Below, piece after piece: positions 9,025 to 17,988 of a stretch of DNA of 64,000 nt. This stretch comes from Candidatus Undinarchaeota archaeon (GTDB lineage: Archaea > SpSt-1190 > JASMDC01). The first letter of the stretch is position 1, and each line of letters starts with the position of its first letter. The stretch is taken from assembly GCA_964519305.1 (NCBI GenBank), contig CAZFHY010000011.1, forward strand, positions 32,001 to 96,000, in the 5' to 3' direction. Below the pieces are notes generated by a model. The model searched no databases. It saw nothing but the letters and a program-made list of their open reading frames with translations, and had not been told where the DNA came from. The translations under genes and the position numbers were made by a program.

Positions 9025-11652
9025 TCACGGTTCACACACACACATGCATGAGGGCAAGATCGTACAAGCATCGGGAACAATCTCGATATCGCATCCAGAC
9101 TCACATTTGCATTCGTAGGAGACCGTACACCCGGACCCGACGAGCGTTACGCTCCCTTGCTGTTTGAGGGGTAGGGTCCCGATACGAGCCCGTAGTGAAA
9201 GGTCGATCTCATTGCTGAGCACTTCACCGTCAGGGCCGTGGAATGCAGCTCGTAGGCGATATCGCCCTTCACTTGTTGGGGTGAACTCCTCGATCACCTC
9301 TATGGTCCGGCCGGTACCCGGGGGCAGCACGAGACGTTCATTCAGCTCCTCTAATGATTCACCTTCTGGGTCCGTGAGATTGGTCTCGACCGCTACATCA
9401 ATCGAGGTCCGACCCGGGTTCCTGATCTCGATAATGGCGCGTGAGGGAATGCCGAGCGGCGTGTGAAGAGAGAAGTGACCATTCTGGATAAACCGTGCTA
9501 CGGCCGTGACAGCGGTACCAGTTACCGTTGCCTGGTGCTCTACGAGGTGTCCAAGGTCGACCTGCTCCTCGCCGGACCCGTCCGGTTCGGCCATCGTGAC
9601 GCTAATGTCCAGCGAATGCCGCAAAGAGTAAAGAGGGACGTGGAAAGGTTCGGACTCGAGGATGATCGTTCGCTCCACCTGCCTATCTAACACAGTGCGC
9701 ACGAGCGTTTCCCCTTCCGTAAGGTCGTCGACGGCGACGGTAATCAGTTTACGCGCAAGGTCACCGAGGTTGTGGACCTTCACAACGGCCCGCGCTTCCT
9801 CGCCCACACGGACGAGAGCCGCAGGTCTGTCGGTCATGACATATGCCTGTGTCACTATGACACCGGTGGAGACTGCCACCGTACCCTTGTCCGACGACAC
9901 CGCCTCTCCGTCCTCGTCTCGAAGGACGAGACGGACATGAATCCGTCCCGAACTACGCTCCCCCTCGCTGGGTTTATACTCACACAACACAATGTCACGC
10001 ACGTCAGTCAGGGCGGACACATCATAAGGAGCTTCAAGGCATGCACCCTCGATATCCTCCAGTGAAAGGGTGCCGGAGAACGCAGTTAGCCCTTGGTTCT
10101 GGATCCGTGCACCAATCATGACCGTTGCATCATTGTCGATGGCGACCACCTCAGCTCTGTTGGATGTGAGGCTCAGAGTGACAGAGATCGTGCCTGATCT
10201 AAGTGGTATCTCGCTAAAGGGACAGAGGCAGCACGCACCGTCTCCCGACGAGCATGCACCGATGGCCGGGCATCCCTGTTCTCGGCACGTTAAGGCGAGG
10301 ACGCTGTCCTGGTCATTTGCCATCATCTCCGCAGCAACGGACCTACCTGCGTGAAGGGACATCCCCGCGGTCGTGTAATCGAGGCATCCGGGAGTTCTCA
10401 GGAAAACGCAGCGATCATCCCCGTCACAGCCCATGCGTCCGGGCAGGTGCTCGTGGAGCAGACCTAACTGCTCGACCATGAGGTACTTGTCCTCGGCCTT
10501 CCATATCTGGTCAAGGTCGAAGTTATCGTCATCCACCGGTAATCCGGGCTCCACAGCGAATACGACGTCGCGGTCCGTCGGAAGGGCAGGGCAGTCACCC
10601 GCCGGGGTCACGAACACGTTCGAGTGTGTGCCCCATGCTGCGATGTTCAGATCACCCCAGAATCCTTGGTGGCCAGCGCTCGCGGGCATTCCACCCATCA
10701 TCAGGATGGCTTGGGTGATGTTCCGCTGGAACGCGTCCACAACATCATCCTCGCTGTACGGGGAAAGGAGACCCCGCACCTCCTTTACAAGACGGTCCTG
10801 GTTCCTGACGCTCGCTGCGCTGACTGCACCCACCTCAAGACCCCCACGCACATCGGACCCCCACGCCTCGAGCCGCTGGATGACTTGGCCGAGGTCCGCT
10901 ACATAAGCATCGATGAATTCCTCTAAGGCAATGAGCCCGTCACGCACCGCACACGGCGAAGCGGTCCCATGGACGAATCCGGATTCCTTTGATCCGTCCA
11001 CCTTGCACATATCTATTGTGTGCGCCAGGTCAACAGCGCACAAGGCCTCATTATCCCGGTCTATGAAACCCCGGTCCTGGTTCTCAGGAATACCGTCACC
11101 GTTAGTGTCCATACAACCGGTATAGGTACGACATACACCACAACTGTTGAACCGGGCGGAATCCGCGGGTGATGTCGGTTCAAGGGACGGATTGGTCGAT
11201 AGGGGGCTGTAGGCGCATGTGGCCTGTGCGTGGTCGAAGCACACGGTGGGCTCGCAGACGGAATTTGTCAGGAAGTCGTCAATCGAGTCGAAGCAGGTGA
11301 TCGCCGGATTCAGTCCACCATCGGGACCGGCAGTGTAATCTAGGCAGGGACCATAGGCCGTCTTCGCGTCATCGTACAACGCGTGACAGTGCTGACATGT
11401 CTGGTCCAGGGTAGCTCGAACACCGGACACATATCCCTTGAGCCGCCCGAGGAAGGCCGTTCTGGATATGAAGAACGTGCGATGGACGTCCAGATAGCGG
11501 TCATAGGTGTCGGTCTTAACTACAGGGCAAACGGGGGGTACGAGCTCGGTGTCGATAGGATTAGCGAAGTCGGCACCGTCACGTACAAGTGCCGCGCCAA
11601 AGGCAAGAGAAATACACATAATTGCTACCAGGAGCCGGATACGCACTTTCAC
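9025..11652 (-). CDS. Large secreted Cys-rich protein with Ig/CARDB-like domains
   Basis: Signal peptide, Cys-rich N-terminal half with a DTNGDG Ca-loop-like motif, repeated beta domains (IQNQG, VHNLG, IRNPG) and a Cys-rich C-terminus with no TM. It starts 1 nt after the upstream stop. Confidence 0.8.
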   Translation of the reverse strand: MKVRIRLLVAIMCISLAFGAALVRDGADFANPIDTELVPPVCPVVKTDTYDRYLDVHRTFFISRTAFLGRLKGYVSGVRATLDQTCQHCHALYDDAKTAYGPCLDYTAGPDGGLNPAITCFDSIDDFLTNSVCEPTVCFDHAQATCAYSPLSTNPSLEPTSPADSARFNSCGVCRTYTGCMDTNGDGIPENQDRGFIDRDNEALCAVDLAHTIDMCKVDGSKESGFVHGTASPCAVRDGLIALEEFIDAYVADLGQVIQRLEAWGSDVRGGLEVGAVSAASVRNQDRLVKEVRGLLSPYSEDDVVDAFQRNITQAILMMGGMPASAGHQGFWGDLNIAAWGTHSNVFVTPAGDCPALPTDRDVVFAVEPGLPVDDDNFDLDQIWKAEDKYLMVEQLGLLHEHLPGRMGCDGDDRCVFLRTPGCLDYTTAGMSLHAGRSVAAEMMANDQDSVLALTCREQGCPAIGACSSGDGACCLCPFSEIPLRSGTISVTLSLTSNRAEVVAIDNDATVMIGARIQNQGLTAFSGTLSLEDIEGACLEAPYDVSALTDVRDIVLCEYKPSEGERSSGRIHVRLVLRDEDGEAVSSDKGTVAVSTGVIVTQAYVMTDRPAALVRVGEEARAVVKVHNLGDLARKLITVAVDDLTEGETLVRTVLDRQVERTIILESEPFHVPLYSLRHSLDISVTMAEPDGSGEEQVDLGHLVEHQATVTGTAVTAVARFIQNGHFSLHTPLGIPSRAIIEIRNPGRTSIDVAVETNLTDPEGESLEELNERLVLPPGTGRTIEVIEEFTPTSEGRYRLRAAFHGPDGEVLSNEIDLSLRARIGTLPLKQQGSVTLVGSGCTVSYECKCESGCDIEIVPDACTILPSCMCVCEP

Positions 11653-11653
11653 C

Positions 11654-14425
11654 TCAGCATCCCCCCCGCATGCTCTTCCATCCGCCCGGATTCTCCTCGA
11701 CGGGAACCGCGGTCTGGTCCTTGAGTCCCGTGGAGTCGTGCACGACGTATACGTTCATGTGGGTGCCAGGGAGGGCCTGGGGCACACAAACATCCTGGAG
11801 CATTATGTGAAGCCCTTCGGGTGACGGTCTGATGTACGTTACCGGGACCTTATTACTTGGCTGTGGGCTGCGCAGGTACACGCTGAGCGTGTTCGGGGAG
11901 ACGTCGATGTTCGCCACATCGATAAGGACATCCATGTCGAAACCCCCTGCCGCCAAGGCATGGAACAGTGGCTCGCTCAGGTCGCCCGGTAGTACCTTGA
12001 CTATTCCAAGACGGCGCTCGGCCTCACGACCCACAACGAAGGCACCTCGGACGGCGACCGACGTCTTCTTGGGCATGAGGTGGTCTGCATGGAGCGTGAT
12101 ATCCACAGACCGACGGCCACTGATCGGCTCTTCGGGCATATCCAACCGCACCCTGAAGCTCCAGACGCCACGCTCGTGATCGAACCGTGATGTGAGTTCT
12201 GGTTTGAATCCGGGGACATCGATGGAGAACGCGTAAGCAGGGATGTCCCGGTGCTCTATCCCGTTCATATCTACGATCTTGGCAGTCACTTCGACCTCGC
12301 CCCCTCCAGCGGTCTCGAGGGCGTCCAATGAGAGATATCGAGGCGTCACACGAATCGGCTTGATGAGGAGGCGATTGTCGCCAGCGAACCAGACCGGGAA
12401 CGTCTGGGAGAGGATTACGGTCTGTCCGCGATGCGAGACGAAGAGACGCAGATCGTATACACCTGCCGACAAGCTCCCGGAGAACGTGAGCCCGTATGAG
12501 AGTCTGCCACCCCCCGCCCTTCCTTTCGGCGTCACTGTTGCGGGAAGCGGACCCAGATAGGCGTCCACCCTGACGACACCAGGATTGTCGACGGGGGCCC
12601 GCCTGCCCTCATTGTCAATCGTGTACACATGGAGGTCCGCCAGCACGTGAGCGAGGCCCGCGGTCAGTGACGCCTCGGTCACCGATCCTGCAACGTCAAG
12701 GATGCTTGCACCGAATTCGTACCGTATGCATCCTTCTGCGGTGCAGGCTTGACCGAACATGCATCGTTCTCGGGGACGGTCCTCGTCATCGAGACACACG
12801 CAGGATGAGCGCGAGCAGGTCTGCCCCCACTCGATACAGGGGAGCCGTTCATGGAACACCGAGATCGTGCAGGACCCACTCTCCCGGGTTACAGCGAAGG
12901 GGATTTCTTCACCCCGGCACCCGGACGTGTGGCACTGCTGCCCGGGAAGACACACGCCCACAATCTCGCCCCCGCGTGTGCAGACACAGTTGGGGCTCGA
13001 TTCGCGCCTCGATATACACCGCTGACCGACGGATATGCAGGGAAGTTCGATATCCTCGAAGGCAAGGCTTCCGCTCGGGCCACAGACGACGTCCACCTCC
13101 GATACCGTCGGATGCCACGGGGTGATGGACACGACCTCCGAGCGCGAACTGAGGAGGATCCCGCCGGAGTAGGACGAGATACGGACCACGTAATTGCCCG
13201 GTCTATAGGAGGGCTCGGTCCTGATCCGGGCCTGCCCACAGTCCCGAGAGTACTGACGGGCGAAGCTAACTCCTTCAGGCGACTCGAGCTCGATGATACA
13301 GTGATCGCCAGGGGCGCTGATAAGGACCTCGATGTCCTCACCGGCCATGACTGCGCTCTGTCGGGCACGCATCGCGACGGGCGCGGGCTCCTCACCTTTG
13401 AGTCGCACGAGCGTGAACAATCCGGTGGCTTGACCAACCGCGCCATCACCATAGAGGGTCACGGACAGTTCGTATACGCCGGCAGGCCAGTCAGTGGCGG
13501 TGCCCAACTCGATGATATGACAGGGCCGGAAATAGCGTTCCTGGTACACCCGTCCTTCGCGGACGATCCTCGCCGTGCAGCCCACTAGTTCGCCATTAGC
13601 GCTCACCTCGGCGCTGACAATCTGTCCGGGAAGGGTGTACGAACGGGTAGTTCTCACGGTGCCGGCGATATCGGCCTCGTCGAGCACGAGTTCGCGTTCA
13701 GCCACGGTGACTTCAGGAGTACCGGTGCCGAACTCAATTCTGTAGAACCTGAGTTGCACCTTATGTCGTGCTTCTGGGGGGATGATGAGATAGAGGTCGC
13801 GACACTCCATGGAGTGGACCGCGGCGAACAGCTTGTCCCCGTCCATGAGCTCAGCAGCACATGCCACCCCTTCGAGCATGGGCAACCGTACGGCGGTACC
13901 CGGAAGGCCTCGTGGTGACACCTCATTGAGCAGCTCCGTATGTTCTTCGACGTCGTTGATGCTCATGGTGAACTGGAACGAGATATCCTCTTCACCGAGC
14001 TCGGGGATACGCACACGACCTTCAGGGAGCACCGCAACGAAGGTCGGCCTGATCGTGTACGTGTGATCCTTGTACAAGGACGAGTATCGTACCGTGAAGT
14101 TCAATACGAGCGAATCCCCAGCATGGGATATCCCGCTCAGAAGGACCTCCTCCGCGGCCTTTGAACGCTGGATGGTGCAGTCCAACATGGCGCCCCCCGA
14201 GTTGCAGGTGATGCACTCGGTATCCCCTTCCTCGCCGGGACATAAGGGCAGGTCGAGATGTGCGCGGTCATCAGTGGTGAGCCCGCGCAGTTCCAGTGAA
14301 GCGGACGTGTCATCGGGTCGGTCGAGGTATAGGGTCTCAGTAGCCACGATGTCGCTCTCCGCGAGCATGAGGCATGGGAGAATGATCCCCAGTATGAACA
14401 GGGTCGTCAGTGACAGGGGCCTCAT
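11654..14425 (-). CDS. Large secreted multi-beta-domain protein with duplicated Cys module
   Basis: Signal peptide MRPLSLTTLFILGIILPCLMLA. Two copies of LPCIxxGQxC...CVC...CxxGQxCxxxGC, and repeated GxY-ending beta domains. Confidence 0.8.
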   Translation of the reverse strand: MRPLSLTTLFILGIILPCLMLAESDIVATETLYLDRPDDTSASLELRGLTTDDRAHLDLPLCPGEEGDTECITCNSGGAMLDCTIQRSKAAEEVLLSGISHAGDSLVLNFTVRYSSLYKDHTYTIRPTFVAVLPEGRVRIPELGEEDISFQFTMSINDVEEHTELLNEVSPRGLPGTAVRLPMLEGVACAAELMDGDKLFAAVHSMECRDLYLIIPPEARHKVQLRFYRIEFGTGTPEVTVAERELVLDEADIAGTVRTTRSYTLPGQIVSAEVSANGELVGCTARIVREGRVYQERYFRPCHIIELGTATDWPAGVYELSVTLYGDGAVGQATGLFTLVRLKGEEPAPVAMRARQSAVMAGEDIEVLISAPGDHCIIELESPEGVSFARQYSRDCGQARIRTEPSYRPGNYVVRISSYSGGILLSSRSEVVSITPWHPTVSEVDVVCGPSGSLAFEDIELPCISVGQRCISRRESSPNCVCTRGGEIVGVCLPGQQCHTSGCRGEEIPFAVTRESGSCTISVFHERLPCIEWGQTCSRSSCVCLDDEDRPRERCMFGQACTAEGCIRYEFGASILDVAGSVTEASLTAGLAHVLADLHVYTIDNEGRRAPVDNPGVVRVDAYLGPLPATVTPKGRAGGGRLSYGLTFSGSLSAGVYDLRLFVSHRGQTVILSQTFPVWFAGDNRLLIKPIRVTPRYLSLDALETAGGGEVEVTAKIVDMNGIEHRDIPAYAFSIDVPGFKPELTSRFDHERGVWSFRVRLDMPEEPISGRRSVDITLHADHLMPKKTSVAVRGAFVVGREAERRLGIVKVLPGDLSEPLFHALAAGGFDMDVLIDVANIDVSPNTLSVYLRSPQPSNKVPVTYIRPSPEGLHIMLQDVCVPQALPGTHMNVYVVHDSTGLKDQTAVPVEENPGGWKSMRGGC

Positions 14426-14691
14426 GGGCAGTCCCCCGTTTCATCAGCGTTCACGAGCTGACCCCGGGAGTCAGTTAGATAGCTCATGGACACCATATCG
14501 AACTCCGCGGACGTGTCCTCGGTGAGATCCACCACCACACCATGAGGCCTTACCCTCCATCCAGGGCGGCCATCCTCCTCATCCCGTGATGGATACAGGT
14601 AGACGAGGTAACGACCGGGCTCCACGTCACCGATCTCGAACTTACCAGTGTGGTCAACCACCCGCTTGATGGGTCGACCCCCCTCGCGCAA
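14422..14691 (-). CDS. Small protein resembling a carboxypeptidase-regulatory/prealbumin-like beta domain
   Basis: DHTGKFEIGDVEPGRYLVYLYP pattern. ATGA overlap with the 923-aa gene. TTG start. Confidence 0.5.
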   Translation of the reverse strand: MREGGRPIKRVVDHTGKFEIGDVEPGRYLVYLYPSRDEEDGRPGWRVRPHGVVVDLTEDTSAEFDMVSMSYLTDSRGQLVNADETGDCP

Positions 14692-14774
14692 AGGGAAAAG
14701 AACGGCCGTTATGTAACGTGGGGGATTGCCGGTAACGTGGCGGAGGGCGGTGGTGCCGACCTCCGCGAAGACTT

Positions 14775-15122
14775 GTGGTGGAGTTCACCGAACCCGAGGA
14801 GGACTATTCGATCTATCTTTACCCGCTGCTAGTGTTCATCGTCATGGGGATGGCGATGATCTACCTCCTGCATAGGAGCCATGAACATGATAATCCGATC
14901 AAAGTAGTGCTCCATACCCTGTCACCCCTTGAGCGGAAGATCGTGACCATGCTCAAGAGTGCTGATGGAGAGCTCCTCCAGTCGACCTTAGCCTCCCGTA
15001 TTGATATCCCTCGCACTTCTCTCCACCGGCATCTTAAGGATCTGGAAGCGAAGAAGGTGCTGGTCATCGAGCGCGTAGGGCGCCAGAACAAGGTCCGCCT
15101 TGCACACTGGTTAGAAGAGTGA
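14775..15122 (+). CDS. Membrane-anchored winged-helix (MarR-like, COG2512-type) protein
   Basis: TM (IYLYPLLVFIVMGMAMIYLL) followed by LSPLERKIV...LLQSTLA...RTSLHRHLKDLEAKKVL...VGRQNKVRL. Confidence 0.75.
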   Translation: MVEFTEPEEDYSIYLYPLLVFIVMGMAMIYLLHRSHEHDNPIKVVLHTLSPLERKIVTMLKSADGELLQSTLASRIDIPRTSLHRHLKDLEAKKVLVIERVGRQNKVRLAHWLEE

Positions 15123-15123
15123 C

Positions 15124-16032
15124 CTAGATCAGCCTGGCAATAACAGCTGCTAGGAGCGTGAAGCGGGTCATGATGAACCATCGGGGCATGTTGGGGGCCG
15201 CCCCCTTCGCCGCGGCCTCAAGATCATCTTCCTGGTGGAGAGGCCAGGTCTCGGCGACCGTCACCACCGAGGCCAGACCGAACACTCCGAGAAGCACCCG
15301 GGCCAACCAGGTGGTCCCTTGGATCTCAACGGCCCAGATCGAAAGTACTGCACCTGCCGCGACCATGAGGGGCGCGAGCAGGAGGGTGGTGTGCAGACCA
15401 AGTACGTGAGCAGGTGTATTGATGTCCTCCTCAGCGTCCTCTGCATAGTCCTCGCATGTGTTTACCAGGGTGATGCCCTCCATCACGAGCGCGTACCCGA
15501 CAGCGACCACGATGACGGAGGTCGGGAGGTCCGGCCTGATGAGCAACCAGCCAGCAGGGATGGGTAGGAGGTACAGCCCGATCGCCACGGGGACCATCCC
15601 AAGAAGTCCTCTTCGCTTCCACCGGAAGGGTTCTTGAGAGTAGGCCGCCGCTAATATGAGCCCGAACAGGGCAAGCATTGTAGTCGGGACGTGGCCGAGG
15701 TACGCCAGAACGCCCGCAAGCACCAGCGACAAGGCCACCTCGCCGGCCATGATTCGGCGGACCGTATCCCTTCCTATACGCTCCACAGCATCGCTCATAT
15801 AGGTCTTGTACCGTCGGTCCACCTCCACATCGCTATAGGCGTTGAGGTTGCAGGCGAACGTCAGGATCGTGAAGAAGAGGAGCACGTACAACGCCACGGC
15901 CAGAGAGAAGAGCGAGCTGACCATTGGTGCGGCCAACACAACGCCGAGGAGGGCGGTGGGAAGGCTCCCCTTCTGGATATTGAACCGACTTATGGCAGAG
16001 AAATCAGCGAACGTCAATGTACCTCCCCCCAC
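15124..16032 (-). CDS. UbiA-family prenyltransferase
   Basis: Multi-TM protein with two Asp-rich motifs (NAYSDVEVD, NTCEDYAEDAEEDINT) and YSQEPFRWK. Confidence 0.85.
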   Translation of the reverse strand: MGGGTLTFADFSAISRFNIQKGSLPTALLGVVLAAPMVSSLFSLAVALYVLLFFTILTFACNLNAYSDVEVDRRYKTYMSDAVERIGRDTVRRIMAGEVALSLVLAGVLAYLGHVPTTMLALFGLILAAAYSQEPFRWKRRGLLGMVPVAIGLYLLPIPAGWLLIRPDLPTSVIVVAVGYALVMEGITLVNTCEDYAEDAEEDINTPAHVLGLHTTLLLAPLMVAAGAVLSIWAVEIQGTTWLARVLLGVFGLASVVTVAETWPLHQEDDLEAAAKGAAPNMPRWFIMTRFTLLAAVIARLI

Positions 16033-16104
16033 TTTCAGATCACCCTATTCCCATATCCTTGGGGGGAGCTCTTCGACCTGACACGCGAGCGCTTCCGTCC
16101 ATCG

Positions 16105-17925
16105 TTATTCTCCTGTGAGGCGGTCAAGCACGAAGCGCATCTCAGCTCTGGCAAGGATGGTCTGTATCCCCGATGCATCGTTCCGGGTCAGGCAGAGGGC
16201 AGTGAACCCGCACGACACCAGGAACTGTAACAGGTCAGGATCGTGACTGTCCCACAACAGTGTGCAGGGAATATCTGTCGCCCGACATGACCTGGCCACT
16301 GACGCCAGAGCGTTGCGAATAGCGCCGTTCGTCTCCAACGCCTCGCGCCCATAACCGGGCGCCAGGTCCGGGAATAGCGACTCGCCATCGATTAGAACAC
16401 CATCCACCCCGGCGGCGCATGCGTCCTCGGCAAGCCAGAGGGAGAGCGGTGAGGCGAACTGGACCCATACTGCTACCTCCACACCTGCATTGTCGAGAGC
16501 GTCCAAGGCAGCTTCGAGCCCTTCCATGGAGGATATTCCCTGGAGCACAGCGGTCACTCCCTTTGCATTGGTAAGGGCCGTCAGCACGCGTCTAGTCGCC
16601 GTCGCCAGGGCGGCCGGATCATGTGCGTCCACGCCGACCAGCACATCGCGGCCTGCCGCTCCGTCCAAGATCAGCGTTTCCAGTGCTTCGGTCGCGCGCA
16701 CGAGCACAGCGTCCGACCACGTAGCGGGAGTACTCCCTGCCCCAAGGAGCTGTATCAGGAGCGTGCCCGTAGGGGCCATCCCGCCTTCCGGGAGGGCGGC
16801 CGGGGCGGGTGTCGGTGCGACGATCGGCGTGCCCATATCCAGCGTTGGTGCTGATGCGGGCGCCTCGGCGAGGAGATCCAGGGAGGCGAGCCCTGCGAAC
16901 CCTGTTTCGGCCGCGGGTGCAGCCATGGCCTGCAACTCAACGGGAGCAGTCGAGTCAGGAATGCGCTTGACCCCGGTTACTGCGACACGCCCACGATAGG
17001 CAGCCCAGCCCAGTACCAGGGGTCCGTCGAGCACTGTCTCCAGCCGTCGTGCCAATCCCGCCACCTCCGTCACGAGAGGGTCGGGTAGTTTCTGGGCCTT
17101 GGCCTTGGCGGCACCGAGCGCTACTCGGCCCGAGCGCTCCAGTCGTTCGCAGATATCGTCGCGCACGAGCTTATGGCTCTGGCGCCCCACGGTCCGAGAT
17201 ACTATGTCCATCGAAGCGCGGTCGATCCTGTACAGGTCACCCACCACGTCGCCCCCGTTCAGTATAGGGGTCAGTCCTGCGACTGCTTCGATCTCAAGCA
17301 TTCCCTGATCGTCATTGGCCTGGGAACGTGCCACGCCTGAGACATCGGGCGCGACCATTTTCTGAACGATGACGGCGACATCAAGAGCGGGCTTTGTGGC
17401 CTGTACGGGGATGAGAGTTGGTTCGAACCGTGTTGCCCAGCATCGCTTGACCGCCTCGATAAGGTCGTTCTCGCCCTTGACATTGAGGAGCGCGGACCCT
17501 TCGTCCTCATCAGGGAGGGAGGAGCGGACCGCTACGAAGGAGAGGTTACGGTTCATGACAAGGCCTTTGGTCGACTTGGGGATTTTACTCAGCTCTTTAC
17601 CGTAGCTCATGTGCTCGTACGCCTGCCTGATGGGGGTCACCAGTTCACGTGGCATGTCCGCTTTTGCTATCTCGGCTATGATGCGCCGAGAGGTGTCCTC
17701 CATGGACGCCTGGTCCGTTGTGTCCACCTTGGACAGGAGCGCAGCGATCCGCTTTCCAATGCCGTTATGGGCGAGGAATGTGTGGAACATCCCTGTCGGG
17801 AGCACGAATCCGGGTGGAACGTCAATCCCCTCCCGTAGAATACGATCGAGGGTTCGGGCCTTGCGCCCTACCATGGTCGTCGTCTGTCCCCCGAGTTCAC
17901 CGAGCATCACTACGCTGTCCGTCAT
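16105..17925 (-). CDS. Degenerate PEP synthase-like protein (ATP-grasp plus TIM barrel, no phospho-His domain)
   Basis: VPPGF, VAVRSS, LNVKG...AVKRCWA, VIVQKMV and SGV are recognisable. The catalytic motifs are eroded. Confidence 0.8.
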   Translation of the reverse strand: MTDSVVMLGELGGQTTTMVGRKARTLDRILREGIDVPPGFVLPTGMFHTFLAHNGIGKRIAALLSKVDTTDQASMEDTSRRIIAEIAKADMPRELVTPIRQAYEHMSYGKELSKIPKSTKGLVMNRNLSFVAVRSSLPDEDEGSALLNVKGENDLIEAVKRCWATRFEPTLIPVQATKPALDVAVIVQKMVAPDVSGVARSQANDDQGMLEIEAVAGLTPILNGGDVVGDLYRIDRASMDIVSRTVGRQSHKLVRDDICERLERSGRVALGAAKAKAQKLPDPLVTEVAGLARRLETVLDGPLVLGWAAYRGRVAVTGVKRIPDSTAPVELQAMAAPAAETGFAGLASLDLLAEAPASAPTLDMGTPIVAPTPAPAALPEGGMAPTGTLLIQLLGAGSTPATWSDAVLVRATEALETLILDGAAGRDVLVGVDAHDPAALATATRRVLTALTNAKGVTAVLQGISSMEGLEAALDALDNAGVEVAVWVQFASPLSLWLAEDACAAGVDGVLIDGESLFPDLAPGYGREALETNGAIRNALASVARSCRATDIPCTLLWDSHDPDLLQFLVSCGFTALCLTRNDASGIQTILARAEMRFVLDRLTGE

Positions 17926-17988
17926 GGTACAAACCGATAGGACGGAGGGGGTTCAGTAATAAAAACCCTAGCCGCTCCCGGTAGGTTT

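Noticed and set aside
14422-14790. Possible invertible segment that would fuse the beta-domain ORF to the TM-HTH gene
   Set aside because: I found no flanking inverted repeats and no recombinase. The ATGA overlap with the 923-aa gene supports the current orientation.
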